64,000 bases of DNA from the human T2T-CHM13v2.0 reference genome, Homo sapiens, in assembly GCF_009914755.1 (NCBI RefSeq), contig NC_060942.1, one strand, 5' to 3'. The translations under genes and the position numbers were made by a program. A model generated the notes under the pieces. The model worked only from the letters and a program-made list of their open reading frames with translations. It did not search any database and was not told where the DNA came from. Within the stretch, counting starts at the first letter, position 1. Every line of letters starts with the position of its first letter. Positions 13,956 through 28,329 of the stretch are shown in pieces.

Positions 13956-15560
13956 CTAGGAGAAAATAAGATACAAATTTTGCTAAACTGCATGTGTATG
14001 TTTGGTAAGGCCTTCCTCTTGTCATACTATAACTATGGCTTGAGCTAAAGAGTTAATTTCACATGTGCTGTTACTCCTCATCTTCAAGGAAACCTGGCCA
14101 AGTATTCTCCTGTGTGCTTTGCACATAGTTCAACTATAGGCCAAAAATAGTTGTCTTCACTCTCTCACCTGCCTGGAGGACTTCTTCTGCTCCTCCTCCA
14201 GGGCATTGCCCATAGCCTGTTCAGCTCAACCTCTCCCACTAATCTCTCCCCATCCTACCACATGTAAACATCCTGCCCATCTCTCGCTAGACCCTGGCTC
14301 TCCCACCCTTACACCTGTTTCGCCTACATTAGACTGACTTGTTGGTATCCAAGGACACTAGATACCTCTACATACTACTTGGCATCTGTCAGAAGGTAGT
14401 AAAGCAATAAACATGTTTTTGATGAAGGATCAAGGCCACAAAGGATACAACTGCTTTCCAATTAGGATACAGGAGAAACTGAGATTGCAATTTTATGATG
14501 CTAGGAAAGAATATCTTTTAAAAAGATGCCTTAATTTGATTATTAAGCCAAAGCTTTTCCATCCAAAAGGAAAACAGACAAGACCATGAAAAACGAAGCT
14601 GAGATGACTGTGTTCATTTTATATTTGATGGCACTCAGCTGAAAAAAAGGAATTTGGTGCTTTGGCCTGATGGTTTAGGTTGCCAAGTTGGAAAGAATCA
14701 AGGGAGATTGAAAAAAGGCAGGAATTGGTATTGGCAACATGGATGGAATTGACTGGAAGAGGCGTGCCGAAACCATAATGCTGTTTAAAATTACTTCCCG
14801 CTGCAGCATCTGAGTGAGTGGTACACAGCAAGGCAGTGCTGTATAGAAGAAACATCACAAAGACTGTACATAGGGACTTACCTGGTTTCTAAATTTTGGC
14901 CGAGGTTTTAAACTCTCTGGGCCTTACCAATGTTAAGAAAAATTAACCCAAACTTGGAAATAAAAACAATATACAGCATGCAGTTTTAATATCATATTGG
15001 GTCATCATTTAATCATCTGACCCAAGATTTATTTAATTCTCTCAGAGAATTTCCCTGTGTTCGCTTTTATTATTTATTATTTCATTAGAGCCCTGAGTCT
15101 GTGAAGTTGCATGTAAATTTGTAGATTTCTGTCCGGTAGAAGACATAATCCCAAAGGTTATGATTTAATTGCCTTAAAGAATATTAACCATTTTTTAAAA
15201 ATTTAATCTAGTACTCCTATACTATTTTTCACTTTTTCTCCAAAATGCCTATAAATGGCTAGTTTCTGAAAATATTTTATTTAAACCAGCTTTCTCATCT
15301 TACTGTTTCCCTCATTAATTAATGAGTTAGTTACAACATTTGACTTGTATTCATTCTATATTCATTTGACTTATATTTGTATCTTCTGAGCATTCCTAAA
15401 ATGGGGATAATATTACCTATATTGAAATGTTGGGATAATAGAGATAATATATGTAAAAGGCATACAGGCTTCCTGGCACATATTTGGACCTCAATATATA
15501 ATAATTTGAAGGCACTAATTACTTCAAATCTTAATGTGTTCTGTTATGTTTTAAAATTAG

Positions 15561-16159
<599 letters not shown>

Positions 16160-17144
16160 TAATGTATTTTGAATTTGTAGGGTGAGGGAAAATAGTGCCT
16201 AACAAATGTCAAATAGACTTACTCTTGGTTAATGGATTTTCATAAACAGGGGTCAAGGGGACCAGACAACCGGACAAGTAAATGCTCTCCCTTGGCCAGG
16301 CTCTGCCATCTAGCTTGGGTTCTTTTTGCCTCCTCTTTGACAATACAGAAAATCTCACCATACCAGATAGCGCTTCTCAGGCAATGTCTTCAGGAAAGGG
16401 AAAGGGAGTTCACAGCACCACACAGTGGGCAACCCCACTATTCCCAGAGCCATACCTCCAGACAGCTCCAGGTTTCCCTCACCAGGCTGATCGGAGAGGG
16501 CACCAATTTCAATCATTGCCAAATGCTAACATCTAAATGTTTTGGAACCAAGTCTATCATTTTTGTCCAGCATTAGAGAAGACGGGGGCATAATGGAAAG
16601 GGTTGTGATCTAGAAAGTGGAGGATTGTGGAATAGTTTCTGGTTCATGCTGTCCTCATTTATAAAATGATGATGAGGAACTAGGTGGTCTCAAAAGTGCC
16701 TTTGAGCTCTAAAATTGCAATGGAGCTAAATCAATGACACTAGAAAACAAATATGATGTAACAGAATTGCACTGCTAGCAAACGGAACATATGCCATATT
16801 AAAATGCTCTTATTGGGCATTTTTGCTAGCTTATCACTGTGCTTATGGAATTCATTCTCACTGCATTCCTGATTAAAGTGGGACAGATGGTGAAGGTTTT
16901 AAGTAATATGTTCATTACCAGACCTCATACTACTAATGGCTATTTACTGGAGCGGTGGATTGTTCAAGTGAGTAGCAAGTAAATTTTTCTCCAGGGGGCA
17001 CCTACGACCAGGCCAATATTTATCAACCTTTGTGAGGATGTTTGTTTTTAAGTTTTACTTTCTTTTTGAACTTGTGTCTTTTTCCTATTAATACAAAAGG
17101 CCCAGTACACCCTCCCCTTACTCTGGCTTGTGCTCCCCACCTGA

Positions 17145-17654
<510 letters not shown>

Positions 17655-18104
17655 TAGGCTTGCCCTCCAGAAAGTCACTGAACTATTCTGGAAGGTTGCT
17701 GCATGGCCTTACTAAGCCATGTGCATCCTGTCTGCTTCCTTTGTCCAAGATCTCCTGGAGACAGCCCACTGTTGAGAGTTATTATCAGGGCAGGAGATAG
17801 GCCATCACTTCCCAAGAATGTCCTGCCAGGATCTGAGCCACTGAACCTTATTCTGGGGCATGCTCCTCTGCCTTTGACTGGGCTTTCAGCCTCCCTAAAG
17901 GACTCATAGAGGAATTAAGAAAGGGAGATCTGGGAAGTTCCTTGAGCCTCACACAATCCAGATATACTACATTGTCATCTCCACAAAAAGAGACTGTCTG
18001 GTTCATTCACAAATATATATTCAGCCCCTAGTTCTATGCTACACATGGTGGTGTTCAAATATTTGTTTAGTAAACAGTCAAGTAAATATACCCCAGAACT
18101 CTGA

Positions 18105-18462
<358 letters not shown>

Positions 18463-19901
18463 TGTTCTTTTGTTAATTTGGGGGCAGTGACGGTTGCCAC
18501 TAAACCTGACCAATATCACTGGGTTTGAGATGGCGTGAGCTCTAGACCAAACTTAAATTTTAAGCTGGTTAATCAAGTTGTTTGGTTAAGCAATTTATTC
18601 GTTTCCCAGAATTGTCTTTCTTTCCTTAATGCAAACATTCTTTGTGCTATCTTAGTTTTGTTAAGCTATTTATTATAGGATCAAGTATTCTACCACTACC
18701 AAGTATACAACCAAATATTACAGTTTTTCCAAAACAGCATAATTATAAATTGTCATGCCTGGATAAACTAATTGCTTAAGGAGATTCTAACCCAGTGATT
18801 CTGCTAAAGTATAACACTCAGTGACCTTCCACATAATACACATGCAGCTGAATATTATCTTAGAGCCACTTGATAATGGGCATATTTAATTTTTGTGATT
18901 TCCTCATAGGAGCTTCACCAAGACTACAAATTCAACCAAATCACAATGTCATAAAACTTTAAATTCTTGGGAAACATTTTTAAACAAATCAAGTTTCCTT
19001 TGGTAAGAAACCTGAATATTGAAATGTGATGTTTTTGAAATGACATTTATAAAATGGCATAAACCCAGGCAGACTCATAAAACAAATTAAAGCTAAAAAG
19101 AATACAGGCAAATACAATAAATATAAAAAATGTATTGGGCAATATTTACTAGTATCCAAAGCCTATATTTTTCTCTATCCCCAATTCAGTTTCAGAGATG
19201 CCAGTTTTCTCTTTGTTTTGCTATTAAAAAATATTCCTTGATTTGTCCAAATTCTAAATTCTATGGCATACATACACAAATTTATGTGTTCACCTTTTGT
19301 GTATATTTTGAGTGCCAGCTACTTAAATGAACATGGCATGAAACATTTTAAAATTTTTCTTCTATTATTGCTCTTCTCTAAATATGCCTTCTTAAAGTTC
19401 CAATTTCTATAGAATAGATTTTCTTAATGTGAACTGTATCTCTCCTAGTGCAGCCGTAGGTTTTTCCAAACACAAAGTAGACTTGGGTGGCCAAAAATGG
19501 ATACTGCACTGACTCTAATACATAAAAATGCTGTGATTACAGGGAACTGCTACATTATTACTCCTAATAGATGGACTTTGTGATCTTTTCCATTATTTGC
19601 ATTCACAGCCTCACCTGGTTCCCCTTTCTAAGTCACATATTTCCTAGAAAGAGAAAGTGACAAATGATGATATGACTACAGTATTTGCAGAAAGGTAAAT
19701 CAATCACCACAGTATAGATCATATGAAATGTTTATGGGAAAAATTAATATTAAATACTTCCTAAGGCCAAGAATTGTAAAGAATACTTTCACATAATATT
19801 ATCTTATTTAATTTAATATCCTATTTATTTTAGTATTATTTTATTTCATTCTCATCCTAATGCTGTCAGTAAGAAAATCCTCTAATTCTCCAGGGGCGTA
19901 C

Positions 19902-20030
19902 CTTTTCCATTCTCTGTACAAGGTTCTCCAATTCTGTAATTTGACTGTGTTTTTCTTCAAGTTTTTCAGCAACTTGATTCAGATTTTCAACATGTTGTTT
20001 CAATTTCTGTTCTTTTTCAAGCTTGTTAAC
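19902..20030 (-). CDS. CCDC68: CCDC68 exon 7: VNKLEKEQKLKQHVENLNQVAEKLEEKHSQITELENLVQRMEK
   Basis: Acceptor ccatag|GTT, donor AAG|gtacgc. 129 nt. Heptad-rich coiled coil. Confidence 0.95.
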
Positions 20031-21104
20031 CTATGGTCAGAGAATCAGTTGTGTTGTGAAAACTCTGTTTTTCTTAAACCTATACACATATTACCTCTTT
20101 CTATAATTTTCTAATTAGCCAAAAAAATTCAGAATTCATACTTGTTTAGAATTACTCTTTTGATTTCAGTGTTTACTTCAAAATAACCCTGATAGACTAC
20201 AACAACATTAAATAGAGAATTAATAATGTATAAATATTCTTCCTAGAATGTTTCCATTTGTTACCATAAAGCATATTTCCTGAACAGGTATAAGAGAGAA
20301 AGATGCTAATTTAACGAAAGCAACATTTTTGACTTTTTCTCAACAATTATTATCCAGAACAAAAAAAACCTTACATGTTCAATTAAAACACGTTTTATGT
20401 TTAATTAGAAAGTGTCATAAAAGCAGAATAACTCCTCAGTGTGTCATGGTGCTACTTCATAGGCATAGAGCAGGGGTTGTTCTGAACCATCATAGGAGAG
20501 AAGACTCCATCTAGCAGGCAGTAAGCTACAGTGGGACTGTGTCGACTAACTTGTTACTCTTCTGTGTGTGTATTTAACAAAGCTTGACATTTCACAGGGA
20601 AAAATAAGTGTCTGGCTTCCCTTGTAAATACCAAGTGGGCCTTCCAGTCAGGTCACTCCAGGCTGGTGCCGAGCCCACATTACAGGGATGCACACTTCCC
20701 GTCCCCACAAGCGCCCCCATAGCATAGCACCCTCATCCGCTTCCCGCTTATGTTCTTCATCTGCACCCAGCATGCATGTGAGTTTGCAACCATCACTACC
20801 ACAGCCTGATGCATGAAAGGGTGTCACCTAGGCAGTGAATTTCCTACTGTACTCCCCTGAGGACCTTCTTAGAGCCTGAGCTGACAGACACCTGGGTGCC
20901 CCAAACTATGATGAATGAACTTTCCTATTAGCTGTTTTATAGTTTTAATTTTGGCAAACACACACACACAGGCATACACACACTTTTTTGACTCCTCCAG
21001 TTCTAGAATATATTTTTCAGACAGATTTTATTGGTCCTAGTATATATACTTCAGATTTAAAAACAAATGAACAAAAAAGAATATGTTTGAGTGTCTGTAC
21101 ATGA

Positions 21105-21440
21105 TTTTTATTTTTAAAATTTATACATATTTACATATTAAAATATAAAAGCATCTAAATTTATATTTTAAAAAATATATAACTATATTATTTATATAGA
21201 TAAATATATTTATTTATATAGATATTATATATTTATTTATTATATTAGATATTATAATTATATAGATAAATATATATAATTATTTATATAGATAAATATA
21301 TATCTATATATTTTTAAAAAATATATAGTTATATATATTTAAAAATATATAGTTATATATTTTTAAATAATATATAAAAATATAAATATATAAAATATAT
21401 AACTTTATATATTATTTAAAAATATATAGATACATATTTT
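21105..21440. repeat. AT-rich low-complexity (TA-rich) tract
   Basis: About 330 bp, almost entirely A/T. Confidence 0.9.
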
Positions 21441-21914
21441 GTTTTCTGTTTTTTTAAATCCGAAGTATCTATCCTAAGACCAAAACAATTTTGAAAGCAT
21501 GTGTCTAGCCCAACTCTTTCATTCTAGAGACAAGGACACCCAAATCCAGAGAGGAAGAATGGCTCAGTCTGGGTCATCTAGCGAGTCAACGGCAGAGCCC
21601 GAAGAGAAGTTACCAGCCCAGCTCCGCAGAGCCAGTCCAGATTTCCAGGCAGGGTGGCACTGCCTCCCTCCCACCTGTGCTCATGGGGGCTCTGGGCAAG
21701 AACTGCAACACAGCAGCTCAGCAACATCTGGGGTGTCCGGCTAAGCAGGGGTGAGAGAAATTGGCAAAAGAGACAAGCACACCGCTTCTTTCCCAAGTCT
21801 TTTGCCAAGTCACTTGGCCATTGCTTGTTTCATTTCTAACTCTTCTAGAAAGATGAACTTCAACAGCTCAGGGTGGGGGCTAGTTCTCCAATAGACAAGC
21901 TGCATGTTTGGTAC

Positions 21915-22040
21915 CTGGAGTAATTGTTTACTGTCCTCCTGCTTCTTTCTCACTTCTTCAGATTGCGTTTGGTAGTTTTCAAATAATCTCTGGGCCACGT
22001 TTCTCAGAGCTGCTGCTCCTGCTTCTCTGGAGGCTTGCAG
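21915..22040 (-). CDS. CCDC68: CCDC68 exon 6: LQASREAGAAALRNVAQRLFENYQTQSEEVRKKQEDSKQLLQ
   Basis: Acceptor ttttttctag|CTG, donor CAG|gtacca. 126 nt, phase 0/0. Confidence 0.95.
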
Positions 22041-22687
22041 CTAGAAAAAAGGTCACTATGCATGTTCTGACATTTACAACAAAAAGTGTTAAAGGCAGAA
22101 CAGTTTGATGGGCAATTAAGAACACCAAAGGTATAACTATACCATTTACAGCCTCATAGACAATGGATACGAGAGAAGACACTGTTATTTGGTAAGAGGA
22201 AAATGTAAAATGAGAAACTCCCTATTTAGAGGGGCTGTTGAACAGGCAGATTTGCCATAGTCAAACCAAACCAGAGCTCTGTGCACAGTAACGTCCTGCA
22301 GTGATAGTCCTCACTGTTCACATAACTCCATGGTGCTCTGTCAGCTTATACACTTATTTGCAAGCCTTTTATCATTAATGTCCATAACACTATTAAAAAG
22401 TGTATCTTCCTGAAATAGAAGTGGGACAAGGTTAAAGTATTGAGGACAATAATGCTAAAATGTTATGAATCTTTCCAGGATTTAACCTAAGGAAACAATC
22501 AAGGATGACTATAAAGACTTCCCTACCAAGATATTCATTGCAGGACTGCATATAAAATAAACCCCTAAAGAGGAAAATCAAAAGCATTCAGCAATAGACA
22601 AATGTAAAAATATTGTGACATTTGACTATGAAGGCTATAATTAATATTTATTAAATATGAACACACTTTTAAAAAGGTATTGTGGAT

Positions 22688-22818
22688 TGTGGTAAGAACA
22701 ATTAACATGAGATGTACTAAGTGTACAGTACAGTATTGTTAACTATAGACACAATGTTATGCAGTAGATTTCTAGAACTTATTCATCTTGCATGACTGAA
22801 ATTGTATAACTGTTGAAC
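22688..22818 (-). mobile_element. L1MA-type 3' end fragment
   Basis: gtggtaagaaca...acagtattgttaactatag...ctagaacttattcatcttgcatgactgaaa. Confidence 0.6.
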
Positions 22819-23038
22819 TTTTGTAAGATATTTTCAATAACAAAAGAAGCCTCAAAAATAAAACAGTGAGATATGATTTGTGAAATATAAAAATGCTTCT
22901 CTATGTAAGTGAGCATGCAGATGGACCTATGGATGTGTGTGGACATCTCTCTGCTTTTACAGAGCCACAGATGCTAACAACCCATTCTATTAGCTCGAAG
23001 GCTCAAAACACAAAATTTGAAACTTCTAAAAGTCATAC

Positions 23039-23179
23039 CTTGATTTTCAATACTTCATTCTCTTTGTTCATTTCTAAGAGCTGTAGGTCTTTTCCTTTTA
23101 TCTTTTTCATAAGCAAATCCAAACTGCAACAAGAAGGATCCATTTCAGAATCAGAGCCCTGTTGAAGGTTTCCACAGTG
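23039..23179 (-). CDS. CCDC68: CCDC68 exon 5: HCGNLQQGSDSEMDPSCCSLDLLMKKIKGKDLQLLEMNKENEVLKIK
   Basis: Acceptor gtttcag|CAC, donor AAG|gtatga. 141 nt. Inside ORF-track entry 23033..23242. Confidence 0.95.
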
Positions 23180-23754
23180 CTGAAACGGACAAATGAAAAT
23201 CATAGACCTGACTATCTTTTCCTCTACAAACTTTGACAACAATAATGATCATTTAGTATTACATATATCAAAGAAGCTTCAGATCAGCACAAACAAACAT
23301 CTTTTGAATCTCAAATATCAATGGGAAATTCTAGATGAAGCAGTTGACTTCTAATTTGCTGAAATTTAAACAGATTCTTATATTGAAAGAGTTAGAATGA
23401 CATTTTAACTTTTATATTTTCTATAGTTTCAAATGTACTGATAAGGGCTTTTTAGGAGATAAATAATGTCCACAAGGCCAGACATTTTTTTAAAAATCTA
23501 AGTTGTGGACATAATTACATTTTGGTCACATTGCATTATAGACTAATACTGTCAGACCTAATAGTTACAATACATAATAGTCAATGTTTGGTGATGCTTC
23601 ACTGTAATTACCTCATATTAAATTTCCAATCAGAGATATCAGAACTGAATGACACTGCCGTTATAACCTGATGTAAGCTCTAGCTCACTGAAAATACACT
23701 TGGAACATAAATCTCATCTGGAATCGTGGACACACGGAGGTGGATAATAAATTG

Positions 23755-24170
23755 GAAACCATCTAACTTAAACTGTCCATTTTACAGATGTAGAAACTGA
23801 GGACCAGGGCCCAAGTTTATGCAGCAAGTGAGCGGGAGACCTCATGGCACTGCCTCTTGAATAGTTATTGTGTGCTCTTTCTGTTCTTTCAATTTATTTC
23901 AAAACTGAGAAATGATTACACAATTACACATACACTACAATTATAATAACAGCTTCTATTTGTTAAACACCTGTTATATGCCAGGTCATCTTTTAGATGT
24001 TTTATGTACAGTCCTTTGTCTGAATACTCAAAACACTGGAAGGTGCTAGGCCCTTTACACAGGTGAGGAATTTGAAGATGAGAGTTTAACTAACACACCT
24101 AAGGTTTTACCTAAAGTAACTGCCAGACCAGAATTAGAATCCCAGTTTGTTTAACAACAAAATATATGTT
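23755..24170. mobile_element. MIR fragments
   Basis: MIR core ccattttacagatgtagaaactgagg and tttacacaggtgaggaatttgaag...taactaacacacctaagg. Confidence 0.6.
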
Positions 24171-24430
24171 CTTTTCACTACAATATAATAACTATGATTG
24201 CAGAAATAAAAAACAAAAAGAACTTAGTGTATGTGGATAATATCCTCCCTCACCATAACTCTGTCACAGTTTTGTGTTTTAGAGTCAAGACCCTAGTGCA
24301 TACTTCCACTCTTCATATACAGAGTAGGAATTATTTTCTTTTTTAATTTGTTAAAGAATATTTGACAAAAAAAAAAACTCTTGAAGAAGGCAGATTATCA
24401 GCAGTGGTAGATGGCTACAAAGATCATTGA

Positions 24431-24600
24431 TCAGTGCTTTTCAAACTTCAATGTGCCTGTGAACTACTGGGTGATAGAACTGGTTAAAAATGCAGATTCT
24501 GAATCAGGAGGTCTGGGGTAGAGCCTAGATGCGGCCTTTCTAACAAGCTCCTGGTGATGCTGAGCTGCTGGGACTGCAGACCACACTTGAGAGTAGCAAG
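24431..24600. mobile_element. MER5-type hAT-Charlie DNA element
   Basis: cagtgcttttcaaactt...gttaaaaatgcagattctgaatcaggaggtctgggg...ttctaacaagctcc...ccacacttgagagtagca. Confidence 0.75.
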
Positions 24601-25060
24601 GCCCTAGATCACTATGGTGAAATCTCTACAGGGCCAGAGGGCTGATGTTTTGATGCATGGTTGATCTGCTGACCTTCTGTGGTTTGAGGTGGCTGAGGCA
24701 GACACATGGCAACACAGTGTCGTCACCATTCCTAAGAAGCTCCTCCTATCTATGGTGGGCATTCAGTCCGCAATTTCCTTGGCCCATGGACAGCATTTGA
24801 CAGAGGGGTCCCGCCGTGCTTCTGAAACCCTCTCCTCATTTGCCTTCAGTGACTCCTGCTAAAGTGGCCTTGACACGAGTAACTTCAAACCATAAGAGGT
24901 CAGCAGATCAACCACACATCAAATCATCAGCCCTCTGGCCTTGTAGAGATTTTGCCATGATAATCTAGGGCCTTGCTACTCTCAACTGTGGTCTACGGTC
25001 CCAGCAGCTCAGCATCAACAGGAGCTTGTTAGAAATGCAGCATCTTGGCTCTACCCTAGA
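24512..25060. repeat. Long inverted repeat: arms 24512-24690 and 24882-25060, 191-bp spacer
   Basis: Hand alignment: ungapped, 158/179 identical to the reverse complement. Confidence 0.93.
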
Positions 25061-25420
25061 GCCCTGAAATCTCCTTCTTTTCCTCCTAATCCACCAGCCT
25101 CATCTCACCTTCCTGGGATGGTTCTTCTTCCTGATATCTAAACATTGGGAACGGTCCCCTCAAGACTCAGTCCTTAGATCTTCTCTCATTTCTCTCCACA
25201 CTCACTCACTTGGTAAACTTCTCCAGTTTCAGAACTTTAAATACAATCCTCAAATGCCCAAAATCTCTACCCTGTATCCTGGACCTTCTAGCTCAGTCTT
25301 CTACCCGCAGCTCCAGAATCAGATGTCCAGCTGCCTATTAGAAGCCTCTACTTGGAGGTCTAACAGGCAGCTCAACATAGCCCAAACTGAATTTTTTAAT
25401 CTTCCCTATCATTCCTAAAC
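24785..25420 (+). mobile_element. L2 fragment interrupted by the second arm of the inverted repeat
   Basis: cagcatttgaca...ttctgaaaccctctcctc...ttcagtgac before the arm; tttcctcct...taaacattggga...ctcagtcctt...ccagctgcct...tctacttggaggtctaacaggca after it. Confidence 0.6.
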
Positions 25421-25474
25421 ATAACCTTGTTTTCTAGTTTAGAAGTATTTTAAATAATAATTGAAGCTAGTTAT

Positions 25475-25914
25475 GTTAGTGTGGGAGGCTGAGGGTGATG
25501 AAAATGACTACATTTATGCATTATACCCCACGTTCTGGTGGACTCTGTGGCCATGCCTATAGTGGACGACACTGATTAAGTACACTTGGCTCAGATGTGG
25601 TTTAGCTTGGTGTAATCCAGACAAGGCTAAGTGCAGATTGCTCGACCTTAGGTATATACAGCTGATGTTGGGGAAGGGAGTGCATTCAAACTTATCAACT
25701 ATCTAACAAAGTCTTGACTCAACTCAGGCCTAAAAGCTTCAACTGTATGTGTCTATTCGTGTGGCCCACGTGAGTCTAAAAGCTCTGCCTGTCATTGGGA
25801 AATGTTGCTGTCATGGATCTTGGCTGGGCCAACATCTTCTCATTTACTTTCGATAAGTAAGCCTTGTTTAATATATTCAAGTAAGGCCTAGCCATTCCAA
25901 TTTGATCTTATAAC
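25475..25914 (+). mobile_element. ERVL-type solo LTR (LTR41-like, tentative)
   Basis: tgttagtgtgggaggctgagg...ccccacgttctgg...ggactctgtggccatgcctat...aatttgatcttataaca. TG...CA ends. Family call from memory. Confidence 0.4.
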
Positions 25915-26078
25915 ATTTGTGGTTAAACATTTCACACATATGGCCATTAACGTCTTTAGATATGCATGAAATATTTCAACACTCATCCTTCGAATCTTCA
26001 AAGAAGTTAGTAATTGCCCAAAAATTACTTTAAAAAGTCTAAATGGCTTTATGCTAATCTTCTGCAGGAAATTATTAC

Positions 26079-26165
26079 CTTTGCATCTAGTTTGTGATTT
26101 GTACTGTCATGTCTTATTTCATCTTTAAACATCTGGGTCCTGATCTTTTGCAGAGTAGTTCGAAT
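26079..26165 (-). CDS. CCDC68: CCDC68 exon 4: IRTTLQKIRTQMFKDEIRHDSTNHKLDAK
   Basis: Acceptor ttttccttctctag|ATT, donor AAG|gtaata. 87 nt, phase 0/0. Confidence 0.95.
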
Positions 26166-26510
26166 CTAGAGAAGGAAAAAAAAACCATTTGTTTCAAAGG
26201 CATTTAATGCCAAACGCTTTTTTTCTCAATACCAGTTACAGGGTACCTGATTATCTAGAAAGTAATACATATATACATATATTGATCTCAGATTTAAATA
26301 ACTGCCACCATCAACCTAACTTGCATTTAGGCTAATATTGTTTAGATTGCTGAAGGTAAGCATTTGGACTTTATAACTCTTTCTCAGACAAATCTAAAAT
26401 ATCACTTAAGTGAATATTATCCCCCAAAAAATTATTAGTTAGTAATTAGTACTTAATACTATTTAGTTTTGTTTTGTCTATTTAGTAATTTAGTACTAAT
26501 TTACTGTTTA

Positions 26511-26617
26511 GTAATTACTATAAAACAATTACTACTTAGTAATCACTACAAAATAATTACTACCTAGTAATTACTACAAAATAATTACTATTAAGTAATT
26601 ACTACAGAATAATTACT
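26511..26617. repeat. 28-bp minisatellite, ~3.8 copies of gtaattactacaaaataattactaccta
   Basis: Units start at 26511, 26539, 26567 and 26595. Confidence 0.85.
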
Positions 26618-26782
26618 GAGAGATCACACACATTTATGAATGAAATATAAGCCCATGTCTTGATGACCTATGGAGTTGCAAGACACTCAAAGATGATGGA
26701 ATTAATTAATCTGAACAAGTTATAAACTATGCCAGAATTTGTCCATTATTTCACTAAATAATTAAATAATCCAAAAAGGTAA

Positions 26783-27273
<491 letters not shown>

Positions 27274-27756
27274 TAAGACTTCACATGTTTAATGAAGTGA
27301 TATGCCAACCCACAGTCACTGGCAATAGTTACCCTGAACTGTGAAAAGGAACAAGGTAACGAGAGGCACCAACTCAGCAGGAAATGTAAACGTCTACTTG
27401 GGAACACGATCAACACTCATGAAACCACTGGAAAACATTATAAAACAGTAGGAAATCCAGTGGTGAATAGTGAGGGACAAATTAAGTGCTGATAGGTGTT
27501 CTGAACCCTCCTGGCCCATTATTCAATTTTACTGAGTGAGTAAAATCATTTTACTCCAAGCATAGGAACAGTTTCATATCCTCAAGAGAAATGACTAAAC
27601 ATGGGTTTAAACTTCAGCTAGGAAGACTGTCCTTTGCCAAACTAGGGTTGTTCCTTTACATATGTTCTATGGAGAGGGAAACAAAATCCTCCAGCCCATA
27701 TTGGAATTTCTCTTTAAAAAATCATATCATACTAATGATTTCTGCTACCCACATAC

Positions 27757-27873
27757 CTTTTTCACATACTCGGTTTCTTCAATAATGTGAGCGGACGTAG
27801 ACTCATACAAGGCAGAATTATCTTCCATCTTATCCCTTGGGGGAATTTCTGTGGTCACTGTCACTGTTGTCAT
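27757..27873 (-). CDS. CCDC68: CCDC68 first coding exon (exon 3; full exon 27757-27885): MTTVTVTTEIPPRDKMEDNSALYESTSAHIIEETEYVKK
   Basis: ATG at 27873 (ACAATG). Acceptor ttttcctaaag|CCAG at 27885. Donor AAG|gtatgt. 117 nt = 39 codons. Confidence 0.95.
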
Positions 27874-28329
27874 TGTGAATTCTGGCTTTAGGAAAACATA
27901 AATCAGCTAAGCAAAACAGACTGTTTTGATTGTATGATTATATGGTTCATAAACTGAAATAAGTTGTTTTATCACTATAGTCAAATATAGCAGAAAAGCT
28001 ATAAATCATTGGTATCTGTATATATTCATAAATCCAGGAATTAATTTAATATAAAGCCATATCATCTGAAGGAATCATTAATTAAAAATTTAACATTTAA
28101 ATAATCTAAAAAGGTAAAATCTGAAATTTCTCTTTTTATTCAGTATCATCTCAGACTGTAAAATCTAAAATCTCAGACTGTAAAAAGGAATGAGGTTTAT
28201 ATTCTAGTACATTGTAAGTACATAACAAATGTAGAATTAACATGATACAATTATAACAAAATTATGTTTTGTGTGCGTGTGTGTATCTTCATACATAGTC
28301 TGCAAAGCCTATTTACTATTAGGAGAACT

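Noticed and set aside
26511-26617. Palindromic 28-bp repeats resembling a CRISPR array
   Set aside because: No unique spacers, no cas genes, and the context is a eukaryotic intron. It is a minisatellite.
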